Virus record (IMG/VR): IMGVR_UViG_3300023119_001136
Span: 1 to 64,000 of that record
DNA: 64,000 nucleotides
From: an uncultured virus (IMG/VR IMGVR_UViG_3300023119_001136)
Lineage: Duplodnaviria; Heunggongvirae; Uroviricota; Caudoviricetes
Direction: 5' to 3' (one strand)
This document shows positions 8,590 to 18,278 of the stretch, piece after piece. The notes under the pieces were generated by a model. The model was given only the letters and a program-made list of their open reading frames with translations. It ran no database searches and was not told the origin of the DNA. Positions within the stretch are counted from its first letter, which is position 1. Every line of letters starts with the position of its first letter. Position numbers and translations under genes: made by a program.

Positions 8590-9143
8590 CTTAGTTGTTC
8601 ACAAAATAAGTTCATGTGTACAACAACACTTACAGCATATGCAATAGCATGTGCCTTCTTAAAGTAGTAACTACCGTCAGTGGGTGCGATCCACACATTT
8701 TCTAATATCGTTGGCCAAGTTTCGTTGACAAGATGGCGTTTGGCAGGCCGTATTATCGCTAGTACTGCTGCTAACTGCTCTATGCTCTGCGGCTTTGTTG
8801 TACGGAGTATATCGCCGTGTCCGGAGATATGAAAGATATTGTCTGTAAAATCGTCGTGCTGTAAAAGTTCCCATTGTGGTTCTCTTTCCATTAGTGTGTG
8901 TAAGTGTGTTTCATCTTTTACATCATTATAGATACTAACATTTAAAAAGTCTAGTTTAAAGTAGCCTCTATCTTCTGCTGTTTTGTAATCAATAGTAGAC
9001 AGATTATTCACAGGATTGTGTGGACACTCTGTAACGTATACACCTGTGTTGTGTTTTTTACCTGTATCTAATTTTGCCACACGGTGTTTAATTTGAGATA
9101 ATAATACGTCTCGGTTTGCAAAGTCTATATCAATATCAGGCAT
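8586..9143 (-). CDS. Miniature DNA polymerase III alpha (DnaE)-like catalytic core, 185 aa
   Basis: MPDIDIDF, KHNTGVYV, FKLDFL, LAIIRPA, YYFKKAHAIAYA in DnaE order; start moved to MPDIDIDF. Confidence 0.88.
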   Translation of the reverse strand: MPDIDIDFANRDVLLSQIKHRVAKLDTGKKHNTGVYVTECPHNPVNNLSTIDYKTAEDRGYFKLDFLNVSIYNDVKDETHLHTLMEREPQWELLQHDDFTDNIFHISGHGDILRTTKPQSIEQLAAVLAIIRPAKRHLVNETWPTILENVWIAPTDGSYYFKKAHAIAYAVSVVVHMNLFCEQLS

Positions 9144-9354
9144 CTTCACGCTCCATTGCATATCTCCACATTTCACTTTCAGGAACACGATTCCAATGCT
9201 TTTCGTCCTCTTTAGGAGTAGCACCGATATACTGTTCACCTGTCTCTCTGTCAATCAATAACCACTTTGCTGGGGCTCTTGTTTTTACAACTAGTTCAAC
9301 AGGTTCATCAAGTTCGTAAACTTGTACACCATCTTGTAATTTTCTAAAATTCAT
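9136..9354 (-). CDS. Hypothetical protein
   Basis: 72-aa ORF overlapping both neighbours. Confidence 0.7.
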   Translation of the reverse strand: MNFRKLQDGVQVYELDEPVELVVKTRAPAKWLLIDRETGEQYIGATPKEDEKHWNRVPESEMWRYAMEREDA

Positions 9355-10049
9355 AAACTACTTTCTTTAGCAACATCTTTTGCTAATTGTACATCTTGTG
9401 GTTTACGCTTAAAACGCATTGCCCAGTGTTCTGGGTTTATAACATGATAGACCATTTCAAGTTGTTCGTCATTTAATTTACTTAGCATTTCCTTGCCACT
9501 ATTACAATTCAATATTAGCCAAGGACTTATTTTACCGTCTTTTATTTGCCATACTGCTCTGTTTAAACTTACATGTTGAAAGTAATGATTCCATGGTGCA
9601 GGTTCATTTTCGGCTGCCCATTCCATCATAGTTTTTACACTACGTTCTAGTGCTGTAATTGCATCTTCTTTGAGAATAAATTCTAATGCATATTTTTCAT
9701 ACATTTCTTCTCTACACCAATGATCAAGTTTTACATTACTAGTAACAACATAATCAATATACTTGTCAGGGTATAAAGGTCGAACATTATTAACAAAACT
9801 TCCAAACTTAACAAAAGCATTATAGAAACTGCTTTTGACAAAACCTTCATATGTTTTTTCTTTTCTATGCCCAGCACTTAGTTTGTAAAATCTTTGAAAT
9901 GCATAAAATCCTAATTGCACACGTTTTTCATCTTTTTGCAACCATCTACGTTTAGGCTCGCACATATGAGCAAGTAAAGTTTTTTCTCTAGTATAGCCTG
10001 TGTTACAGTACTCACAAACATATGGCTTAGGGTTTGTATTCGACGCCAT
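9351..10049 (-). CDS. Hypothetical protein with N-terminal zinc finger
   Basis: KPYVCEYCNTGYTREKTLLAHMC; start moved to MASN after AAGGAG. Confidence 0.75.
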   Translation of the reverse strand: MASNTNPKPYVCEYCNTGYTREKTLLAHMCEPKRRWLQKDEKRVQLGFYAFQRFYKLSAGHRKEKTYEGFVKSSFYNAFVKFGSFVNNVRPLYPDKYIDYVVTSNVKLDHWCREEMYEKYALEFILKEDAITALERSVKTMMEWAAENEPAPWNHYFQHVSLNRAVWQIKDGKISPWLILNCNSGKEMLSKLNDEQLEMVYHVINPEHWAMRFKRKPQDVQLAKDVAKESSL

Positions 10050-10494
10050 GTTCTTTAGCCAATTCTTTGAGTTCTTTTTTTGTAGATATTCTAGCAAGTA
10101 ATTCTACCTCGTCCATCTTCATTTCAGGATATATTTGCGATAGCATTTTTACTGCCTTGCTACTATCATCCTTTTTCTTTTTCAATCCAATCCAAGGATG
10201 AAATTCTTTTTTTCCTGTTTTACCTGCGACACATAAAAGCTGCCATTGCAGTTTAATATGGTTAGTACCGCCTAGCACATTCCAATTTTTGTTATAGTAT
10301 TCATTAACTTTGAAAACTGCTAATGCTTGCTTTTCATAACTGCCTTTGACACTGCTTATATAACGATTAAGATTCCACAAGTCAAGTTTAATATCTTTCT
10401 TACCATCGTCGCCGGCAGCATCATAAAGTTCTTTAATTCCCATATCAATAGCAGGAATTAACTCCTTAAATAAATCTAGTTCTTTGTTTGCCAA
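10027..10494 (-). CDS. gp62: Probable clamp-loader small subunit (T4 gp62-like)
   Basis: LNRYIS...VNEYYN...LQWQLL...FHPWI pattern and size resemble gp62 homologues. Confidence 0.6.
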   Translation of the reverse strand: MANKELDLFKELIPAIDMGIKELYDAAGDDGKKDIKLDLWNLNRYISSVKGSYEKQALAVFKVNEYYNKNWNVLGGTNHIKLQWQLLCVAGKTGKKEFHPWIGLKKKKDDSSKAVKMLSQIYPEMKMDEVELLARISTKKELKELAKEHGVEYKP

Positions 10495-11150
10495 AGTTCA
10501 ACATCCTCAGGTGAGTTTATCTCTACACCATTAAATTGTACACTAGAACAATGGATTTGCCAACCATTTTTTAACCAACGTAATTGTTCAAGACCCTCTA
10601 GTTCTTCTTCTATAGGAACATCTAATGTTGGATATTGTTCTAATGCTTCTCTTGTATATCCATATATTCCTATATGCCAATCGCCATATCCAGTTGTTCC
10701 TCTGCCAAACCATAATGCACGATCACCAGTTCTAATAAGTTTGACACTATTAGGATCGTTTTTCATTTCATCTGGCATTTCTGTATAAGCAGTTACTACA
10801 TTATAATTTTCTAATTGTTGTTTTACAGATAATATTATATCCTCTGTAATATCGGGCATATCACCTTGTACATTTATAAAATGTGTGTAGTCTTTTAATT
10901 TTTCTTGTCTTAAAGATATACCGCATCTTTCAGTTCCATTCATTGCATCATCAGTGTAAATTACGTTAGCATAGGGAATTTGGTGTGCAACTTTTCTACT
11001 ATCTGTTATAACATATGTATCAATACCTGTTGCAGTACACTTGTTGTAAACTCTATTTACTAGCGGCACACCATTTAACATTGCAAGTGGTTTGTTTGGA
11101 AATCGTGTGCTGCCTATTCTAGCGGGTATAAGAATAGCGTACGATGTCAT
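10476..11150 (-). CDS. kdsB: CMP-Kdo synthetase (3-deoxy-manno-octulosonate cytidylyltransferase)
   Basis: IPARIGSTRFPNKPL, NGTER, INVQGD, HIGIYGY, LEQLRWL. Confidence 0.93.
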   Translation of the reverse strand: MTSYAILIPARIGSTRFPNKPLAMLNGVPLVNRVYNKCTATGIDTYVITDSRKVAHQIPYANVIYTDDAMNGTERCGISLRQEKLKDYTHFINVQGDMPDITEDIILSVKQQLENYNVVTAYTEMPDEMKNDPNSVKLIRTGDRALWFGRGTTGYGDWHIGIYGYTREALEQYPTLDVPIEEELEGLEQLRWLKNGWQIHCSSVQFNGVEINSPEDVELWQTKN

Positions 11151-11883
11151 ATACCACCTCCTCAAAATCATCTAGTCGAAGCATATTCGGACCGTCGCTT
11201 GGTGCGTTATCAGGCAGTTTGTGAACTTCGAGGAAGAAATTTGATATCCCGAGAGCAGCCCCGCTACGACTGAAGCCAGGCACAAGATCACGATTGCCGC
11301 CACTGCTAGTACCCTGTCCTCCGGGTTTTTGGGCAGCGTGAGTACAATCCAACACGATAGGAACAGGAAGATTGTTGAGCATCCAATCAAGGCCGCTGTA
11401 ATCAACAACAAGGGTGTTATATCCAAAACTTGTTCCTCTTTCTGTGATCCAAACTTCTTTTGCTTCCGCACACTTACTTAGTATTCCTTTGACATCCCAA
11501 GGCGCTAAAAACTGTCCTTTTTTAATATTTACAATGCAATCTGTTGCACATGCTGCTTGAATTAAATCTGTTTGACGACATAAGAATGCAGGAATTTGTA
11601 AGACATCTACAATGTGTGTCAAGTATTGTATTTGATCTCTTTCATGTATATCTGTTACAATTTTTAGATTAGGAATTTCTTCTTTCATATCAAGAAAATC
11701 TCTAACTGTATCATGTAAGCCTCTGCCTCGCTTACCATCTACACTTGTGCGATTTGCTTTATCAAAACTGGCTTTGAAATAATAATCAATACCTAGTTTA
11801 TTGCATACACGTTTACATTCTTTTGCAATTTCTAAACTTTGTTCTAGTGTTTCGTGCTGACACGGACCTGCAATTATTCTCAT
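11119..11883 (-). CDS. kdsA: Kdo-8-phosphate synthase
   Basis: IAGPC, KASFDKANRTS, QIPAFLCRQTDL, KKGQF, ERG, APSDG. Confidence 0.96.
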   Translation of the reverse strand: MRIIAGPCQHETLEQSLEIAKECKRVCNKLGIDYYFKASFDKANRTSVDGKRGRGLHDTVRDFLDMKEEIPNLKIVTDIHERDQIQYLTHIVDVLQIPAFLCRQTDLIQAACATDCIVNIKKGQFLAPWDVKGILSKCAEAKEVWITERGTSFGYNTLVVDYSGLDWMLNNLPVPIVLDCTHAAQKPGGQGTSSGGNRDLVPGFSRSGAALGISNFFLEVHKLPDNAPSDGPNMLRLDDFEEVVYDIVRYSYTR

Positions 11884-12152
11884 TTTGCATCCTTTATAAT
11901 ATAATACATTGTAACTGTTTTATCAAGTTGCTTCATCAAACTTTTATTTTGCATTGCTAATTCACATAATTCTTTCCAACTACCATAATCCAACAACTCG
12001 CCTTGTGCTCGTGCAATTGCTCCAGGATCGCCACCAACAATCCATTTTGGATATTTGTTATATGGTGCATCTCGATACCTTGCCCATACAACTCCGTTAG
12101 TACGTTCGTATATTAGTGCAGCACCGGGAACAAGCTTATGTTGCTGAGCCAA
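11880..12152 (-). CDS. Hypothetical protein
   Basis: 90-aa ORF, ATGA overlap with kdsA. Confidence 0.7.
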   Translation of the reverse strand: MAQQHKLVPGAALIYERTNGVVWARYRDAPYNKYPKWIVGGDPGAIARAQGELLDYGSWKELCELAMQNKSLMKQLDKTVTMYYIIKDAK

Positions 12153-12480
12153 CAGTCTTCCTTACTATATCATTATGATTAAACTCTGCCCAGTATAGTT
12201 CAAATGCTACACCGTCTTCAAGTCCTTCAAACTGATGAATTACACCTGGCTTGACTTGCGTAAAGTCTCCTGGCCCAAGGATAGTTTCATCTATTAGATC
12301 ATAATCTTTTTGCCATACACGAACAAGCATTTTGCCTGACTCTACAAAGAAGCCATTCCATTTAAATCTATGTTCGTGCTCGCTACATTTGTAGCCACCT
12401 TTAAACTCAATACGGTGAAACTCTAACACACCGTTAGCGTGGATAAGTTCAGTTTGTCCCCAAATCTTTCCTGCTTTCAT
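12136..12480 (-). CDS. Cupin-domain protein
   Basis: KIWG, SEHEHRFKWNGFFVESG, PGVIHQF; start moved to MKAGK after AAGGAG. Confidence 0.85.
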   Translation of the reverse strand: MKAGKIWGQTELIHANGVLEFHRIEFKGGYKCSEHEHRFKWNGFFVESGKMLVRVWQKDYDLIDETILGPGDFTQVKPGVIHQFEGLEDGVAFELYWAEFNHNDIVRKTVGSAT

Positions 12481-12490
12481 TTTAGTCTCC

Positions 12491-12997
12491 TTATAATAAT
12501 TTTCCGTGATCAATAATTTCACTTTGTCTACTGATATCTTTAACAAAGAATGCACACAGGCTGTTTTCTTTTTCCTCGATAGGTACAGCAAGCAACTGAC
12601 CTGATTTCATTTTAGGAAAAAACCATTTTACATCATTATAAAAGTTTACAGTTTCTATATGTAAAAATTGAGGCAAAGTGCCTGTAATAGGATTGAAAAC
12701 AAACGCTTCAAATCCTCTATCATTTAAACTTGTTAACGGTAACACTTCTAAGTCGCTACCTGCTTGATTACATCCTACAGCAATGCACCAATCTAAAGGC
12801 ATTGTGACTTCGCTTTCGCCTATTTGTAAAACTATAGCAGGTGAATTAAAAGATTCTAAAAAAATCATAGGATTAAAAAAGAAGTCCGGATCTGCTGGAT
12901 TGCTATTATCTAGCACTGCAAATCTAATAGCATCGTCTACAGTATTAGGCACATTATTCATATCAAAGGTTGTATTGTCTAGTGTAAGTATTCTCAT
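12491..12997 (-). CDS. Hypothetical protein
   Basis: 168-aa ORF directly after uvsW. Confidence 0.75.
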   Translation of the reverse strand: MRILTLDNTTFDMNNVPNTVDDAIRFAVLDNSNPADPDFFFNPMIFLESFNSPAIVLQIGESEVTMPLDWCIAVGCNQAGSDLEVLPLTSLNDRGFEAFVFNPITGTLPQFLHIETVNFYNDVKWFFPKMKSGQLLAVPIEEKENSLCAFFVKDISRQSEIIDHGKLL

Positions 12998-12998
12998 T

Positions 12999-14462
12999 TT
13001 ATTTCCAATCTACTTTTTCTATAGTGAAAGGATATTGTGCTTCCTTATAGAATTTTTTGCGCTGTGTTAAATGTCTCTTTGCAAATTTGCACGTTGAAGT
13101 GATATCCCAAATTTGTACAAAGTCTTTGTCCTTTGCCTTTCTTACGCCTCTGCCTATAGATTGAATAACTCTTACGAATGATTTGCCTGGTTCTATGAGA
13201 ACAAGATTAAAAATACGAGGAATATTAATGCCGACGGCAGCAACGCCATACGTAGCAATGACCACGTGATTTGTTCCTTCGTTAATTTCGTCATATGCGT
13301 CCTTTCTATCTTTTAATTTTACATCGCCTTTAACAAAAACTGATCCTGGAATAAGTTCTTGTAACATTTCGCCTGCACTAATTCTATCTACTAGAATAAG
13401 TGTATTGCCTGATTCTTTTACACTGTTTAATATTTTGCCTATATATTCTACTCTTTCTTTATTTGTAACTAGATATTTTAATTCTTCTTGATAGTTACTA
13501 TGTGCAACAGTATCCATTAGTTGCACAATATTAACATGACACTGCGCAAGTACGCCCTTGTCTTGTAATTCTTTTGCTGATATTTCACCGATAACTGGAC
13601 CTAAACTTGCATGTATACTTTCAAATTCAAACTTTTCTTTAGGTATAGTTCCTGTTAGTCCCCAACGTATTGGTGCATTTTTTAAGTTACGTGTTAATAA
13701 ATTTTTCAATACTTCCGCTTTTGCTTGATGAACCTCATCAACAATAACGGTGCTCACACCATCTAAGAACTCTGCAAGCGATAGTACTGCGGAACCGTCC
13801 TTGTGCTTCTTGTCAAGTATATTCAAACTTTGCCAAGTGCAGATGGTGTGAGTCTTACCCAACTCTTTTCTATCTCCAAAATAAACCCCTACATCAAGTC
13901 CGCAATTAATGTAATCTTCTTCTGTTTGTGTTACAAGAGATTTGTTTGGTACAATAACAAGACTGCGTCCATACTTTTCACTCATATGTGATAGTGTAGC
14001 AGTTGTAATAGTTTTGCCAGCGCCTGTTGCAATCTGTTGTAGGCTTTGTGGATTGTTTGCAAAGTTGTTGATTGCTTCTACTTGATAGTCACGCAGAATA
14101 ATTTCTTCACCTTCAGCAGGATGTCCTTTGGGCCAACGCACACCTTGGTCAGCCCAGTAGCGTTCCGTTACTTGATCAAAACTTAAATCAATAGGATGTC
14201 GTCTGTCTTCAATGTCAACTATTTGAACATTGTTTTTTGCAAGCACTTCGGTAACAGTATCTAAATGATTAACATAGCCAGTACCGCCGATACCAAAGAA
14301 AGCAACTTTGCCGTCCCACCTGCCAAGTTTATACTGTGGCATATATCGTGCGTATGGCACTTCAAACTTGAGAGCGTTGGAAAGTTTACGGCGTACATCT
14401 ACGTCTAAACCTTCTAGTTTGATGTTTACTTCATCTTCAATAATTAATTTGCAACTAGCCAT
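12999..14462 (-). CDS. uvsW: SF2 DNA helicase (UvsW-like)
   Basis: LRDYQ, ATGAGKT, DEVH, GLTGT, QSIGRGVR. Confidence 0.93.
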   Translation of the reverse strand: MASCKLIIEDEVNIKLEGLDVDVRRKLSNALKFEVPYARYMPQYKLGRWDGKVAFFGIGGTGYVNHLDTVTEVLAKNNVQIVDIEDRRHPIDLSFDQVTERYWADQGVRWPKGHPAEGEEIILRDYQVEAINNFANNPQSLQQIATGAGKTITTATLSHMSEKYGRSLVIVPNKSLVTQTEEDYINCGLDVGVYFGDRKELGKTHTICTWQSLNILDKKHKDGSAVLSLAEFLDGVSTVIVDEVHQAKAEVLKNLLTRNLKNAPIRWGLTGTIPKEKFEFESIHASLGPVIGEISAKELQDKGVLAQCHVNIVQLMDTVAHSNYQEELKYLVTNKERVEYIGKILNSVKESGNTLILVDRISAGEMLQELIPGSVFVKGDVKLKDRKDAYDEINEGTNHVVIATYGVAAVGINIPRIFNLVLIEPGKSFVRVIQSIGRGVRKAKDKDFVQIWDITSTCKFAKRHLTQRKKFYKEAQYPFTIEKVDWK

Positions 14463-15673
14463 TAATAGTTTCTTCCTGCAAAATATGAAACACGCTCATC
14501 GTGAAGTATAATTAAATCGCTTATACTAGTGCAATATGTTTGTACTAATGTGTGAGGTCTATGAGACGTTATGCAATACACGCTAGAAGGTTTCCAATCT
14601 GTTTTTAACAATAGTTTAGGTAATTTGTTTTTAGCAATATACACAACTTTTGTGTTTTTGTCAAGCCAGTTGTTTAAGGTGTTTTCTGAGATGTAATTAT
14701 TAAGATCTGATTGTGCTGAATTTTTTTCTACACGGAACAAAATAGTTTGATCTGAATCAGCAAAAACATATTTTAGACTCTTATGTACTTTGGTTACTTG
14801 ATTGTAAGCCTCATGTTCATCGATTAAAACTAAAAGTGGAAATCTTTCTAATTGTATTAAAGATTCTACAATAGAATCAAAGTTATGTTGGCTAGGCTGT
14901 ATTAATACACTTGTACTATTTCTATACGCAATTTTTTCTATTAAATGCCCATCAGAACTTTTTTCTGGCAAGTGATATTGATGTATAAATCTGTTATCAT
15001 ATGCTTTTAATTCTGTAAAAATTTTATCATCTAAATTTGCACTTTTTGGTGCATTTAAAATTTTACCATCTTTGTAATAGGGCAAATATTTATGAATACC
15101 TTCTTCTTTTATATGTACAATTTCTTCGTATGCATCTAAAATTTCTTGTTGTATTGAAAAGTTTTTTGATTTAAATACAGACACTAATTCAAAGATATTG
15201 TTTTCTGTAAGTCGTACAAAGTGTACTTGTGTAGATTTTATATGGTGTTTTTGTTGATAGGGAATGTTACAACTATCTAGTGCAACTATTAATTTTTTAG
15301 AAAAAGGAAATCTAATTTTCATCCACTTCCATTTTTCTTTGCTAGACTCATATACTTGATCTACGTAAACATCTTTAGTATCAACAAGTTTAATACTTTG
15401 TTCTCTGTTAATTGTCCGCAAAGGATACTTCAAACTTTCTACTACTGTTTGAAAGTTTGTTATACCACTCTCAATAAATTGATCTTGCATGTCAAACATT
15501 TTTTGTTTCATAAGATTAAACTGTCTATCAGTAAGTGCAGTGCCTTGAAAGGTTTGTCTAGCAATACTATAAATAATCTTAGAATCAGACGGATTTATAC
15601 TGTATTTAAAATCTGTTTGTTTTAATCCTGTGACAAGATGCAATAAATCTTCAATGTTTTCAACTGTATCCAT
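14462..15673 (-). CDS. Hypothetical protein
   Basis: 403-aa ORF coupled to uvsW. Confidence 0.8.
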   Translation of the reverse strand: MDTVENIEDLLHLVTGLKQTDFKYSINPSDSKIIYSIARQTFQGTALTDRQFNLMKQKMFDMQDQFIESGITNFQTVVESLKYPLRTINREQSIKLVDTKDVYVDQVYESSKEKWKWMKIRFPFSKKLIVALDSCNIPYQQKHHIKSTQVHFVRLTENNIFELVSVFKSKNFSIQQEILDAYEEIVHIKEEGIHKYLPYYKDGKILNAPKSANLDDKIFTELKAYDNRFIHQYHLPEKSSDGHLIEKIAYRNSTSVLIQPSQHNFDSIVESLIQLERFPLLVLIDEHEAYNQVTKVHKSLKYVFADSDQTILFRVEKNSAQSDLNNYISENTLNNWLDKNTKVVYIAKNKLPKLLLKTDWKPSSVYCITSHRPHTLVQTYCTSISDLIILHDERVSYFAGRNY

Positions 15674-15679
15674 GTTATT

Positions 15680-15707
15680 AATATAACATCTATAGTTTGT
15701 TTGTCAA
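15680..15707 (-). promoter_or_regulatory. Sigma70-type promoter (predicted leaderless)
   Basis: TTGACA-16nt-TATATT with TGn extension, 6 nt to ATG at 15673. Confidence 0.7.
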
Positions 15708-16541
15708 GTTTTTAAAAGGTAATCCGTTTGCAATTTCAGTAATTGTGTATTCTGTCCAAGCATAATCGTTACGCCATTGTATTCTATCAGGCATTAAAGG
15801 ATTTTCTATATCATGTAAAAAGTCTATATCATTGGCTACAGGATAAGCAAGACTAGAAGGACTAACAAAAGCAGGAACACCTTGAAGTATAGAATGACAG
15901 CCAGGATTACTACTATGGCTAATAGTAGCCCATATGTTATCAAAGCCCATATCAAAATCATCATAAGTCCCGGCAATGTGTCTTGGCTCCTGTCTTACTA
16001 CATATCGCAAACCACGTTCTATATGTTCAAGTCTACATCTTGGATGAGGACGGAATATAATAGGACGATTGGTATGTTTGCGTACTTCGTCATATGTATT
16101 TAAGAACCAATTGCTCATACGTGGCATGTCTTGCCATTGTAGACTTTTATCATGCTGTCCGCATATCAATATGTATTCGCCGTCTTTGCGCCAAGGCTTT
16201 AACGCCATTCCAAATGCACTAGCACGATGATTAGAGTTATCTGGTTCACCAAAATAAGCGTCTCTGTTTATACCGTCTAATCCTACTTTCCAAGTTGTGC
16301 CTCTTTGTATACCACCAACTTCTAAAACAACAACGGGTCTATTTTTTCTTTTTGCTGCTTCCCAGATTTTTTGGTTAGGAGCCATCCTGCCATTGAATAA
16401 GACACTCCATATGACATCGATACCATCAGTGCTATTATCAACACACTTATGACCATTAGCAATAGCGCCAACACGAAAGGCATCAAAAATAGGCTTAGAA
16501 TTAAGTGCGCCATAATTTGTCCATAAATTAAATAGGGCCAT
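15690..16541 (-). CDS. GT-B glycosyltransferase-like protein (KpsC/KpsS-like)
   Basis: ILICGQ, IFRPHP, TISHSSNPG..SILQGVPAF. Confidence 0.65.
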   Translation of the reverse strand: MALFNLWTNYGALNSKPIFDAFRVGAIANGHKCVDNSTDGIDVIWSVLFNGRMAPNQKIWEAAKRKNRPVVVLEVGGIQRGTTWKVGLDGINRDAYFGEPDNSNHRASAFGMALKPWRKDGEYILICGQHDKSLQWQDMPRMSNWFLNTYDEVRKHTNRPIIFRPHPRCRLEHIERGLRYVVRQEPRHIAGTYDDFDMGFDNIWATISHSSNPGCHSILQGVPAFVSPSSLAYPVANDIDFLHDIENPLMPDRIQWRNDYAWTEYTITEIANGLPFKNLTNKL

Positions 16542-17439
16542 CCGGTCCTAGTTTCCTTGCTATTGTGCCGTAATCTATTTCGTCTTTTAATCCTGCCTTG
16601 TAATGTTTCATATAAGGGTCTAGAACGCTTCTAGGCATACATGTTTTGTGTACATGTTCAGGATTTAAATCTAGCATTTGTGCTCCTGCGGCTTGCATTA
16701 CCTCTACAGTTTTACCATAAACTTCTCCGTCATAAAATCTACGGATATCTTTATGATCGTCATTGTAGTAGATGTTTTTATATGTTTCCTTAAAATCGTT
16801 AAATTGTTTATGATTTTTATTTAGAATAAAAAATCCTGTTTCACAACTAAACCATCTTTTGCCTTCTACATTATGCACTACGCCTAAGTGAGTGCTTAGA
16901 TATCTGTCGTCTGAAAGTAAATCTAACAATTGAGGGTGTATAGGTGCATTGATAATTAAGTCTGCATCTAACCAAATTAGTCTATCACAATCAATGTTTT
17001 CCATTGCATCAATAATAGTAAAACCTTTTTTTGCAAATGTTGCAACTTTTTTATTTACAGGCCACCAGCGTTCTTGAAACTTATTATATTCTTCTCCTAA
17101 GTCAAAGCCTCTTAATCTAATTCTAGATTTAACTTTAGGACGAAAAGCTTCATTATACAATTCAAAACGTATTCCTTTATTAAGATTATGGATTACACTT
17201 TTTAAAAAGTATCTTCCGTATTTGTTGAAATACTTATGATCCATACTACTGATTGCAGTAAAACGTTTAGCACCTCCACGTTTATTTTGTACAACTTCAT
17301 TTACAATATGTTTAATCCATCTTTTCTTTTCAAATGTATTAATAGATACATGTCCTTCTCTACATACATAAACTATTTCTTCATATTTTACAACCACACC
17401 TTTATCGTAAGTTGTATTTGGTTGCCAAATGTGTGCCAT
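16528..17439 (-). CDS. GT-A-like transferase with N-terminal CBM5/12-like module
   Basis: WQPNTTYDKGVVVKY...YVCREGHVS; IWLDAD, ETGFF, FYDG. Confidence 0.7.
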   Translation of the reverse strand: MAHIWQPNTTYDKGVVVKYEEIVYVCREGHVSINTFEKKRWIKHIVNEVVQNKRGGAKRFTAISSMDHKYFNKYGRYFLKSVIHNLNKGIRFELYNEAFRPKVKSRIRLRGFDLGEEYNKFQERWWPVNKKVATFAKKGFTIIDAMENIDCDRLIWLDADLIINAPIHPQLLDLLSDDRYLSTHLGVVHNVEGKRWFSCETGFFILNKNHKQFNDFKETYKNIYYNDDHKDIRRFYDGEVYGKTVEVMQAAGAQMLDLNPEHVHKTCMPRSVLDPYMKHYKAGLKDEIDYGTIARKLGPDGPI

Positions 17440-18278
17440 TATATTGCTCCCCAATATGCTTCTTGTCGTTTTTCTATCAAGTCTTTAGATAAACTTTTTC
17501 CAGTATTCTTTCTTGCGCCTTTCATATGGTCTATCCAGCGTCCTAATTCTGTATTAATTAAAGGATGGCCGCCGCCACCTGTGTGTGCAGTTTTCATCAT
17601 AAATCCTTCGGTATAATCATAAACATTAGGATGATCTATTTTGATTCTGTTTAGTATTATTCCAAACACATAACTGTCATGCCATTCTTCCATTTGAAAT
17701 ATACCTGTTTCTGCATTTTCGTAAACATGCTCAAATTGACGTAAAAATTCTGTACAAACTTGGTTGTTTAGATTCATACCATAAAACCCACACTCTGGCC
17801 ATGTTGCTGCTTTTTTACCTCTGCCTACATATGTCATCCATTTATCATCTGGCAACAGTTCTTTAAATTGTTCGTATGACCACGGACTATGCACGTATGT
17901 ATCTGCATCCATCCATACACACCAGTCATCACAACGTTCGGCTGCGTCAAATACTGCATATACTTTGTTAGCAAATCTAACTGCGTCCCATTTAAATTCT
18001 TTATGATGGTCTCTTGGACGCTTTTGAGGCCATGGACATTTGCCATTTGCCTTGGGAACATTCTTCCAAGTTTCTTTAAACTTGTTTAGTTTTGGTAACA
18101 CTTGTTTTGCATCTAAAACTATAATTTGATCAGTATCTTTGACAATAGGATTACAGTCTTCTGCATATACATACATTTTAATTTTTTTGTCTACATTATC
18201 TTCAAAAGAAGTTATAAAGCGTTGACCATATTTTTCTAAACCTTCTTTATGAAATGTTGTTAGCACATTTATATTCAT
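17439..18278 (-). CDS. GT-A nucleotide-sugar transferase-like protein
   Basis: RFANKVYA, VWMDADT, ECGFY, WHDS, DHMKG. Confidence 0.75.
   Translation of the reverse strand: MNINVLTTFHKEGLEKYGQRFITSFEDNVDKKIKMYVYAEDCNPIVKDTDQIIVLDAKQVLPKLNKFKETWKNVPKANGKCPWPQKRPRDHHKEFKWDAVRFANKVYAVFDAAERCDDWCVWMDADTYVHSPWSYEQFKELLPDDKWMTYVGRGKKAATWPECGFYGMNLNNQVCTEFLRQFEHVYENAETGIFQMEEWHDSYVFGIILNRIKIDHPNVYDYTEGFMMKTAHTGGGGHPLINTELGRWIDHMKGARKNTGKSLSKDLIEKRQEAYWGAI

Noticed and set aside
9144..9254. N-terminal extension of the DnaE-like ORF in the track (likewise extensions of kdsB, cupin, terminase, gp13, gp14, DUF3310)
   Set aside because: Extensions overlap upstream genes or promoters; downstream ATGs fit RBS or late-box spacing better
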